Assembly: GCA_036918135.1 (NCBI GenBank)
Contig: JBALDB010000043.1
Span: 1-28,963 of the forward strand
DNA from: Nostoc sp.
GTDB taxonomy: Bacteria > Cyanobacteriota > Cyanobacteriia > Cyanobacteriales > Nostocaceae
Length of the DNA stretch: 28,963 nucleotides
Direction of reading: 5' to 3'
Part shown: positions 8,702 to 17,202 of the stretch, one piece after another
Position numbering within the stretch: the stretch's first letter is position 1
How the letters are laid out: every line of letters begins with the position of its first letter
The notes under the pieces: model-generated
What the model was told of the DNA's origin: nothing
Databases searched by the model: none
The model's input: only the letters and a program-made list of their open reading frames with translations
Program-made: the position numbers and the translations under genes

Positions 8702-8782
8702 TGTCTGTTCCTCAATTGTGACATGGATAATAGTAAGCCTTTCTTTTGCGGTTTCTACTGTAAATAGTCAATCAGCTTAGAT

Positions 8783-9080
8783 TTACCCTTCCAACTGCTT
8801 TAACTTCTTCTGAGCAAATTCCCGCACTTGCTCATCTGGGTCATTCTCTGTGCGATCGCGCAACAGTGTTAAAGTCTGGGGATGCTGAGGAAATTGCTTG
8901 ATAATTATATCCAGTGCAATGCGTCGAGGATTAGTTTCATCCTTTTTCTTGCGTTCAAAGGAATCATCAACAGCGCAGTTGTAGTAGATGTCAAACAACT
9001 CAGGCTGATATTTAAAGTATTTAGCTAATTCTTGGACTGCTGCACGTCGCACATTCCAGTTATCATCCTGGGTAGCGCAT
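8783..9080 (-). pseudogene. Detached C-terminal HEAT-repeat fragment of the NACHT gene
   Basis: CATQDDNWNVRRAAVQELAKYFK continues the HEAT unit of 9282-11879 and ends NDPDEQVREFAQKKL. Confidence 0.85.
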
Positions 9081-9164
9081 AGAAATTAACTGAGACAATG
9101 AGTATCAAATTTAGCTTAATACTCTGGTTTTAGTACAAGGGCAAACGATGCTTTTAAATATGAC

Positions 9165-9193
9165 GCGTAGGCGTAGCCCGCCGTAGGCATCGC
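9165..9193 (-). repeat. Small dispersed repeat (21 nt) inserted in a HIP1 site
   Basis: Minus strand GCGAT-GCCTACGGCGGGCTACGCCTA-CGC. Confidence 0.85.
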
Positions 9194-9281
9194 TAGCTTA
9201 AAAATGGTGTTTCTAACCCTGATTTCGGATAATATTTTAAGCACAATTGCTTATTGACAAATAGTTTATAACCTTAAATTG

Positions 9282-11879
9282 TCACCAATGGTGTCGGGGT
9301 GGTCTTTGAAGTGCTTCGCGCGTTAATTCTTGGAATGCTGCACGTCGCACATCCGAGTTAGCATCGTGGGCAGCGCGTTCTTTGAGGATGGATTTGGTGT
9401 CGGGGTCATCTTTAAAGTGCTTCGCTAATTCTTGGACTGCTGCACGTCGCACATCCGAGTCATTATCGTGAGTGCGTTCTTTGAGGATGGATTTGGTGTC
9501 GGGGTCATCTTTGAAGTGATTCGCTAATTCTTGGACTGCCGCACGTCGCACATCCGAGTGAGCATCGTGGGCAGCGCATTCTTCGAGGAAGGATTTGGTG
9601 TCGGAAGATTCTTGCCAGGTCATTGCAATTGCTATAACTGCTTGAGTGCGGATTTCCTGAACTAGCTTAGTTTCTTCTTCATCTAGGTACATGTTGTAAT
9701 AGTACCCGAGGTTATATTCAGTTAAGTCTTTTAGCTCGTTAAGTAATTTATTAGCCGTTAACGCAATTATCGAGCGATTTCTCACCTCTACAAGACACTT
9801 AGCCGCTAAAAAGAGATTAACAAACTTTTCCTCTTCGCCATCTTGCCCCATTAAATAATCAAGAATCTCGCCAACAAATCTTGGCTCAATCATTCCCGCA
9901 ATTAGCAGCAATACTTCATGCCAACTTTCATCTTGCCAGTGTTTGCCAAAAACTTCATTCTTCAGTTCCTCAATAGTCAGCGTTTGCGTTTCTTTAAACT
10001 GCCAGACAAACTCCCAAGCACAGAAATATTCTAAAAACGTCCGATGCACAAAAGCATAATAATCCGCACCCAAGAAACATAACATAAAATTACGAGTTCG
10101 CAGTTGATTAATCATCACCTTTGCAACTTCTCTGGGTTTCTCAAATTCTATGGTTTTGAGATAATCAGTCAGAACTTTGACTAAATCATTTTCATTAATC
10201 AAATTACCTGCTAAACTCTTCTCACCAGTTTGCATAAGATAAGCAACCTGACGCAGCATCGCTTGCTTATCTTTATAATCAATAGTCTTGGGGTCTAACC
10301 TTTTATCTTCTGTCAAAGCGCGTTCCACATCCCATTGATGTAGCAGTACCCGTGATGCTTGATTATAAAGCTCTGCTCTATCTCTTGGTAGCTCTTGATT
10401 CCGATTAAGAATTGCCATCATCGTCAACAGCAGAGGATTTCCCGCCAATTCTGCAATAGCTTTGGAAGCTGCAATTCCTCTTTGCAGCCGTTCCCGTTTT
10501 CTCACTTTATCTACTGCATCGGTAAAAGTTAACTCATGCCAACAGTTGATAAAATCCTGAATTTGCTCTGAGTCTAAATCTTGTAAAATAAAGTGGCGAA
10601 ACTCAGCGTTAAGCAATCGTTGCGGTTTGTAGCCAATAATCCGAGAAGTGACAATTACTTGCACATCAGGATAGTCATTAGTAAAGCGATGAATATCAGT
10701 AATTACATCCTCTCGCTTACCAGGGTCAAATACCTCATCCAAACCATCAAACATTACTAAGGCATTACCAGCTTTTAATTGTTTATCTAGTTCAAGCTGA
10801 TTGAGATGATGAATTGCACCACTACATTGATGGAAGAATTCGAGAAAATTATTGCACTCTTTATCTTCCCGTCGCCGCATATAAGTGCGTAATTCAATTA
10901 GCAAGGGAATTGGTAATGAGATAACATTATCCAGTAGAGACTCAGCCCAATTCAAAGCCAGAAATTGCAACAATGTAGACTTCCCGGAACCAGGATCGCC
11001 CAAAATCACAAGATTTTTATAATCTTGCTTTTTATTGACAACATCTAAGACTGAACGGATCGGCTGTTCAATATAAACTCTTTTGTGGCGTTCTAATTCT
11101 TCTAATTCAACTGCTTCTACTTGGTCACTTTCTCGCAGCCGTCTAAGATGCTCTTTAGGCAGTTCGTGAACTTGTGGTAAAACTTGATGAGCTTCCCGGA
11201 CATTTTGAGCAGTAAAAATCCGCCATAATTTGAGTTCGTTATAGGCATAGCCGCTAGTATCTAGGCTATCTAACTTGAGATTGCCATAGTGTTCGCGGAT
11301 TCCTTCTTGATATTTAGTTAAATTAAAATCTACAATAACACCAGTAATCTCTTTTGTATTTGTTTCTATATTAGATAACTTTTGCAATTCTAAGATATGG
11401 TGTAATTCTTCGGAATCTAAAAGCAGTTCTTGGACTTGTGTAAAATACTGTTCTGTAATAGATTGCCAGTTAAACTTAGATGGTAGAGGTTTTAATTGCA
11501 GCCTGTTCCAATTATCTTCTAGGGTTTTAGCGTCTAGAGATTCACAATTAATATCAAAAGCCTGACCAAGAATTTCTATAACTGACTTATCGCTAATAAA
11601 TTTCTGGATGTCTGTGGTGTAATCCTTAATTTCAGTTTCACTAAGTTTGCAACGAACCTTTAACTGCTGCTGCACCAGTTGTAAAAACTCCTTTAATGCT
11701 TTACCAGCAGCAATTTCTATATCTTCCTTCTTAAGCTTCTGGACAATCCTGCCGGGGATGCCTTTCAATAAATCTTTAGCCCAATCTTTAGCAGCATCTT
11801 TGGCTAAATCTTCGAGAATGGGTTTAAAAATCAACCCAGCAGCTTGTGTTACACCCCAAAAAGCTAACCAGTTCAGCAT
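9282..11879 (-). CDS. NACHT (STAND) NTPase with C-terminal HEAT repeats, truncated by a frameshift and an insertion
   Basis: Walker A GDPGSGKST, Walker B LVMFDGLDE, VIVTSR, GNPLLL, and FVHRTFLEYF (winged helix). Three ~35-aa repeats. Likely start MLNWL at 11879. Confidence 0.9.
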   Translation of the reverse strand: MLNWLAFWGVTQAAGLIFKPILEDLAKDAAKDWAKDLLKGIPGRIVQKLKKEDIEIAAGKALKEFLQLVQQQLKVRCKLSETEIKDYTTDIQKFISDKSVIEILGQAFDINCESLDAKTLEDNWNRLQLKPLPSKFNWQSITEQYFTQVQELLLDSEELHHILELQKLSNIETNTKEITGVIVDFNLTKYQEGIREHYGNLKLDSLDTSGYAYNELKLWRIFTAQNVREAHQVLPQVHELPKEHLRRLRESDQVEAVELEELERHKRVYIEQPIRSVLDVVNKKQDYKNLVILGDPGSGKSTLLQFLALNWAESLLDNVISLPIPLLIELRTYMRRREDKECNNFLEFFHQCSGAIHHLNQLELDKQLKAGNALVMFDGLDEVFDPGKREDVITDIHRFTNDYPDVQVIVTSRIIGYKPQRLLNAEFRHFILQDLDSEQIQDFINCWHELTFTDAVDKVRKRERLQRGIAASKAIAELAGNPLLLTMMAILNRNQELPRDRAELYNQASRVLLHQWDVERALTEDKRLDPKTIDYKDKQAMLRQVAYLMQTGEKSLAGNLINENDLVKVLTDYLKTIEFEKPREVAKVMINQLRTRNFMLCFLGADYYAFVHRTFLEYFCAWEFVWQFKETQTLTIEELKNEVFGKHWQDESWHEVLLLIAGMIEPRFVGEILDYLMGQDGEEEKFVNLFLAAKCLVEVRNRSIIALTANKLLNELKDLTEYNLGYYYNMYLDEEETKLVQEIRTQAVIAIAMTWQESSDTKSFLEECAAHDAHSDVRRAAVQELANHFKDDPDTKSILKERTHDNDSDVRRAAVQELAKHFKDDPDTKSILKERAAHDANSDVRRAAFQELTREALQRPPRHHW
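9286..9603 (-). repeat. ~102-105-bp coding tandem repeat x3 (HEAT units)
   Basis: Near-identical GACACCAAATCC...GATGTGCGACGTGCAGCAGTCCAAGAATTAGCG units. Confidence 0.9.
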
Positions 11880-12122
11880 AATACTCGCGTCTGTGGAGAG
11901 TTTGATTACGAGTATATACACTAGCTTGACTAATGTTTCCGAATTTCAGGGTTATTGCAGAAATAAACCTTTCGTCAGAAGGTACGATGCTTTGCAGCAG
12001 TCTTAGCTGTAATTATTCTTCTGTTGCTGGATTCTTTGAGCGATCGCATGACTAAACTAGTAAGTGCTGAGTTGGCACTCTTGAGTATTATCGCTCCACA
12101 ATCAAGATTATCTGGATGTATG

Positions 12123-12283
12123 GCGATCGCAATTTTCCCTACTACACGCTCACTCTCACTATAACCATCAGCCACCGCTAATTCTTGTAAGGGATATGTA
12201 CGAGCTAATTACTGCACGAATTTTACTAGCTTCAAGCAAGTCTTTTTAGCTTTTTGACCGCGCACGAAGGCTGTTAACACGCT
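12123..12283 (-). pseudogene. Degenerate duplicate of the 3' end of the MDR oxidoreductase gene
   Basis: Aligns by eye to 14333-14535, including the identical CCGCTAATTCTTGTAAGGGATATGT and ATTACTGCACGAATTTTAC blocks, with an internal deletion. Confidence 0.85.
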
Positions 12284-12793
12284 TTTAATAATCAGTCGTA
12301 TATTTGCTTGTAGTATATTTAATTTATGATACTAAAAATTTTTAAGTATATAATTTAGATTGGAAAGAGCGATCGTACCTTTTTTTCTAAATTTCAGTAT
12401 ATTAGGGTGTATTAAACGAAAACTACAGCACTAACAACAATGCCCCTACACTTAATTCATTCTTACAAAGATATTTGAAACCAATGTTAGTTGTAACACA
12501 ATATTTTCTTTATGTAACTTACGAAGACTTTCCTAGTATTTTTAGCTTTAGTAGAGCTTTTCCTTCAATTATAGTAACTTTCTCTAAGCAAATTCCCGTA
12601 CTTGCTCATTTGGGGAATTTTCTACTATGTAGCACGATAATAGTTAAGTTTTATATAAATAGAGAAATACACTTAAGAAAATATTTGCCAAAATAATTAC
12701 TACTGAGTAAGCTTTGTTGAAGCTATCGAAAAAATCGATTAGCTGAAATTTGTGTGTAACCTAAATCACTACAAGGCTAGAAGGAAGTTCAAA

Positions 12794-14155
12794 ATGGATG
12801 TGTTTGCTCTAAATCCAACACAGATGCTCAGACGCATACTATCCGCATCGTTAGTTAGTTTGATTCCCTCAGTTATTAGTCTGATATCCTTAGAGGTTTT
12901 TCCCAAGGCAGCGTTAAGCGAACCCTCAGCCGCATCTGTTCAAACTCAGGTGAAAGTGCCTAGTTCAATGAGCTATAAGCCCTTTAATACTAATCGTTAC
13001 TTGAAGGTACCGCCTAACTTCTCCATCTCTGTTTACGCTCGTATAAACCAAGCTCGGTTTATGGCAGTTGCTCCCAATGGGGATCTGCTAGTATCACAGC
13101 CGAGTACAGGTAAAGTGTTAATTGTTCGCCCAAATGGCAGCAAAGACCCAATTATTTCTAACTTCGTGGTCGGTCTACGCAGACCACACGACATTGTGTT
13201 TCATACGATTGATAAGACCACATACGTTTATATCTCAGAGACTAATCAAATTAACCGTTTCATCTACAAATCTGGAGACCTAATCGGGAAAAATCGTCAA
13301 ATCGTTGTAACTGGCTTACCAGACAGCAGCACATCCGAACTCAAAGGTGCTTACGGTCACGAACTAAAAAATATTGCACTTGATAGCAATCACAAACTGT
13401 ACGTGTCCATCGCCTCTACATGCAATGCTTGCAAGGAAGATACTGTCAGTTACCCACGGCGTGGTGCAATTTACCAGTACAACGCTAATGGAACCAATCA
13501 GCGGCTTTTTGCCCAAGGTTTACGTAATGCTGAAGGATTAGCATTCGTCCCTGGCACAAACGATCTCTGGGTATCCGTTAATAATCGAGACAATATCGCC
13601 TATCCGTTCAAGGACAGTACTGGCAATTACGGTAAAGTTATCCCGTCTTACGTAGACAACCATCCGCCAGAAGAGTTCACGCGAGTTCGAGATGGCGGTA
13701 ACTACGGTTGGCCATTCTGCAACCCGAATCCTGACACGTCAACAGGCTATTACAATATGCCCTTTGACCGCGACTATCAATTCAATGCTAATGGAAGTGT
13801 TAATTGCAATGCGATGGATAGGATTTTCAAAGGTATCCAAGCGCATTCAGCTCCGTTGGGACTAACCTTCTTACAAAATACAAACTTTCCTAGCTTGTAC
13901 TCAAATGGAGTAGTCATGGCTCTGCACGGCTCATGGAATCGGCAGAAGAAAACGGGCTACAAAATAATTTACTTTTCCTGGAACAGTAAGAACAAGCTCC
14001 CACAGGCTCAGATAGATTTAGTCAGCGGTTGGCTAGTTCCACAAACACAAGAAGTCTGGGGGCGACCCGTGGATATGGTAGTCGATCGCCAAGGTAATTT
14101 GTTAATTTCAGATGACTACAGTGGTACCATCTACAAACTTTCATACACACGGTGA
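12794..14155 (+). CDS. Secreted PQQ-dependent sugar (glucose/sorbosone) dehydrogenase-family protein
   Basis: ARFMAVAPNGDL, GLRNAEGL, GGNYGWP, AHSAPLG, HGSWNR and GRPVD...LLISDD motifs. Hydrophobic signal-like N-terminus. Start uncertain (12752, 12794 or 12824). Confidence 0.88.
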   Translation: MDVFALNPTQMLRRILSASLVSLIPSVISLISLEVFPKAALSEPSAASVQTQVKVPSSMSYKPFNTNRYLKVPPNFSISVYARINQARFMAVAPNGDLLVSQPSTGKVLIVRPNGSKDPIISNFVVGLRRPHDIVFHTIDKTTYVYISETNQINRFIYKSGDLIGKNRQIVVTGLPDSSTSELKGAYGHELKNIALDSNHKLYVSIASTCNACKEDTVSYPRRGAIYQYNANGTNQRLFAQGLRNAEGLAFVPGTNDLWVSVNNRDNIAYPFKDSTGNYGKVIPSYVDNHPPEEFTRVRDGGNYGWPFCNPNPDTSTGYYNMPFDRDYQFNANGSVNCNAMDRIFKGIQAHSAPLGLTFLQNTNFPSLYSNGVVMALHGSWNRQKKTGYKIIYFSWNSKNKLPQAQIDLVSGWLVPQTQEVWGRPVDMVVDRQGNLLISDDYSGTIYKLSYTR

Positions 14156-14319
14156 CAACAGGTTTTCACTGTTAACTGTTAACGCTGATTAATCAGCACA
14201 CCCCAAGTCTGCGTTTTTAACTACACCATTGCTCCAGAAACAGCAAAGCTTTGAATAACAGCATCTTGGCTGAAATCCAAAGCTTTGCTAGGAATCTACC
14301 TTGATATTGGGACTAATAA

Positions 14320-15264
14320 TTAACTGGAAACTGCGATCGCAATTTTCCCCACTGCTCGCCCGGTTTCACTATAAGCATGAGCCGCCGCTAATTCTTGTAA
14401 GGGATATGTGCGATCGATTACTGCACGAATTTTACCAGCTTCAATCAATTCTTTGAGATAAACCAAGTCTTTAGCATTCGGTTTCTCAAACACCAATTTA
14501 GCTTTTTGACCGGGAATCAAGGCTGTTAAGACGCTCTGGACAACGGTTTCAGGGCTGGGTAGGGTAGTGATATAAACGCCGTTAGGTTTGAGGACTTTTT
14601 TGGTTTGAGAGAGCGATCGCTTACCTACTGCATCAAAAATAATATCGTACTGCGTTGTATCTTTGGTAAAATCTTGCTGCGTATAATCAATCACGCGTTC
14701 TGCTCCTAAAGATTTTACCAAATCCAAGTTTTTAGAACTGCTAACTCCCGTCACCACAGTGCCCAAAGCAGAGGCAATTTGCACTGCAAAACTCCCCACA
14801 CCCCCCGCAGCACCATTAATTAAAATATTTTGTCCTGTTTGAATGTTTCCTGTATCTCGTAGCGCTTGTAGAGCCGTAAGTGCTGCTAGAGGTACAGCCG
14901 CAGCTTCTTCATCAGATAGATTCGTTGGTTTGAGCGTCGCCAAGTTTTCTGGGATAGCAGCAAATTCCGCATAACCTCCTCCAGGGAAGCTAGTACTGCC
15001 ATAAATAGCATCTCCCACTTGAAAGCGCGTGACTTGGGAGCCAACTTCTACCACATCTCCCGCCACATCAAATCCTAGAATCTTCGGAAACTTGCTTCCT
15101 GTAAGCAAACTCAACATTCCTTGGCGGATTTTCCAATCAATGGGGTTAACGCTACTAGCACGAACTTTCACGAGTAACTGCGTTGGCTGAATTTTTGGCT
15201 GTTCCACATCTTCGTACTGCAACACTTGGACACCGCCATATCGATGGATAACCACTGCTTTCAT
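14320..15264 (-). CDS. NAD(P)-dependent oxidoreductase, MDR/quinone-oxidoreductase-like family
   Basis: MKAVVI..YGG, SVNPIDWK, LINGAAGGVGSFAVQIA and GRAVGKI motifs; no zinc-binding cysteines. Confidence 0.92.
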   Translation of the reverse strand: MKAVVIHRYGGVQVLQYEDVEQPKIQPTQLLVKVRASSVNPIDWKIRQGMLSLLTGSKFPKILGFDVAGDVVEVGSQVTRFQVGDAIYGSTSFPGGGYAEFAAIPENLATLKPTNLSDEEAAAVPLAALTALQALRDTGNIQTGQNILINGAAGGVGSFAVQIASALGTVVTGVSSSKNLDLVKSLGAERVIDYTQQDFTKDTTQYDIIFDAVGKRSLSQTKKVLKPNGVYITTLPSPETVVQSVLTALIPGQKAKLVFEKPNAKDLVYLKELIEAGKIRAVIDRTYPLQELAAAHAYSETGRAVGKIAIAVSS

Positions 15265-15325
15265 CGCATTCCTCCTGCTACCCTCTTTTGGTGAATCAAC
15301 TCAGACAGATAATGAATACAGTGTA

Positions 15326-15354
15326 GCGATGTCTATGACGGGCTACACCTACGC
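15326..15354 (+). repeat. Small dispersed repeat (21 nt) inserted in a HIP1 site
   Basis: GCGAT-GTCTATGACGGGCTACACCTA-CGC. Confidence 0.8.
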
Positions 15355-15423
15355 ACGCGATTTAGCGAAGACGCTAAGCATCCTCAGAGATTTCCTAAAA
15401 TATCAGTCTAAAACTGCACTTGT

Positions 15424-15846
15424 ATGCCAGCTAGAGACATCTATCACAACAATGTCAAAAATGCATTAATGAAAGACAAATGGATAATTACTCATAATCC
15501 ACTGACTTTAAAGTTTGGTAAAAAAGATTTGTATGTTGATTTAGGTGCTAGGCAGTTGTTGGTGGCACAGAAAGCAGAGTCCAAAATTGCAGTTGTGATT
15601 AAAAGTTTTACTGGCAGATCCGATGTTGATGATTTAGAAAAAGCCTTGGGTCAGTATATTTTATATCAGGATGTTTTGATGGAATTGGAGCCAGAGCGAG
15701 TGCTATATCTTGCAATACCTAATACGGTTTTTGATGATTTGTTTGAAGAACCTATCGGTAAACTATTACTAAGAAATCACCGTTTAAAGCTGATTACTTT
15801 CGATCCAAAACAGGAGATTATTAAACAATGGATTATACCCAGTTAG
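15424..15846 (+). CDS. xisH: XisH-family protein
   Basis: MPARDIYHNNVKNALMKDKWIITHNPL...YVDLGA...KSF...ALGQY..Y...L...EPER.LYLAIP. Confidence 0.92.
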   Translation: MPARDIYHNNVKNALMKDKWIITHNPLTLKFGKKDLYVDLGARQLLVAQKAESKIAVVIKSFTGRSDVDDLEKALGQYILYQDVLMELEPERVLYLAIPNTVFDDLFEEPIGKLLLRNHRLKLITFDPKQEIIKQWIIPS

Positions 15847-16193
15847 ATTGCTATCGCCAGGTGATTGAAACTATCTTCAATGAATATGCTTCATTCCCCT
15901 ATTCCTATGCTGATATTCAATCAGAAGTGGTATTCGATCGAACTCGCGTTGGCGCAGCCTCTCCGCAGGAGACTCGGTATTTGTGGATGGATTTAGGTTG
16001 GGATGGCGAGCGCCGAATTCATGGCTGTTTGGTTTATATTGACTTGATTGATGGCAAAATCTGGATTCAGCGAGATGGCACTGAAGAAGGTATTGCTGCT
16101 GATTTAGAACGGGCTGGAATTCCCAAGGAACATATCGTTTTGGGGTTTCGTCCACCAGAATTAAGACCCTACACAGGCTATGCAATTGCTTGA
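15828..16193 (+). CDS. xisI: XisI-family protein carrying an 8-aa in-frame insertion
   Basis: GW...RIHGC...IDGKIWIQRDGTEEGIAADLERAGIPKEHIVLGF..P..RPYT; overlaps the end of xisH. Confidence 0.92.
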   Translation: MDYTQLDCYRQVIETIFNEYASFPYSYADIQSEVVFDRTRVGAASPQETRYLWMDLGWDGERRIHGCLVYIDLIDGKIWIQRDGTEEGIAADLERAGIPKEHIVLGFRPPELRPYTGYAIA

Positions 16194-16609
16194 GAGATGA
16201 TGCCAAGTTTGTAGGGAACAATTAAGAAAATTCATTGCGATCGCTAAGTCATGTTAGATTTAAGTTGATTGTTTCCTCAAAACACAAAATCCAAGACCAG
16301 CAACAACAACTTTCCCAGCATCTCCTCATTCTGGGAATCAAAAAAAGGAGCTAAAAGCTAAAATTTTTGCAAAATATGTGCATTAATACATCTGTTTCTA
16401 TCGGGCTGTATGGCTTACCAGCTAAAACTTAGAGGCGTAATTGAATATCATTAGCAAAGTAAAAATTAAAAAAAGATAAACTGCATTTTTAGCTTCAAAA
16501 AAATGATATGTTGGATACAGAATTGAATTTCGCACGTATCTGGAGTAGTACGACGTAGCCTACTCCAGTTTTTACCCCAAATCCTTTGTCTTTTGTTGCT
16601 TTTGACTGG

Positions 16610-16900
16610 ATTTGAGGGCAATCTGAGTACACATTTAAATAACTAAAACCCAGTTTCAAGTAAATTAAAATCCTTGCTGGGATGAGGTTTTGGCTGAGTA
16701 CAAAGAAATCTTGAACCCCCATCTATAAATACTAGAACCCCAACTAGAAAATACTAGAACCCCTACCCGAAAAAAAATTTCTAATTCTTGTAATACTCAA
16801 AGAATTAGGGTTTTTCTGATTTGAGTACAAGCTTAATAAATCCAATAAATTCTATCCTAGATAGACGCAAAGTTTAGCTTGGAGACGGCTGATATAAATC
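16610..16900 (+). promoter_or_regulatory. nifB promoter region: three TGAGTACA boxes and an extended -10 (TGATATAA), probable CnfR-dependent promoter
   Basis: TGAGTACA at 16624, 16695 and 16822; TGATATAA at 16890-16897, about 300 bp upstream of the nifB ATG. Confidence 0.8.
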
Positions 16901-17202
16901 TTATATCGCCAATTACTTAACGCTCCTACACAAATTAGAAGCGAAGAGTAAGTGGAGGGATGACATAGCATCAATGCCTCTAGTGAATAGAAGTCACGGC
17001 TCAAGGCACAAATTCTACCCAAGAACCGAACGTTGACACACACCAGTCGAACATCTAAAGATTCATCGCCTGCCTTGACAACAAGTCGCCAAATCCAAGC
17101 GTTTGCAGGCAGTGTCCAAGCTGTGGCTTCAATTCCTGGGCATAGAGAGTAGCAACATCTCCCACAGTGGCAGCCAAGTCCACCGACCTTTTGCGAAATT
17201 CA

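Noticed and set aside
11975..12175. 66-aa ORF as a gene
   Set aside because: Its first third is the decayed oxidoreductase duplicate and the rest is read-through.
16312..16346. Hairpin TTCCCAG...CTGGGAA as an intrinsic terminator
   Set aside because: It is followed by an A-run on the plus strand and lacks a downstream U-tract on either strand.
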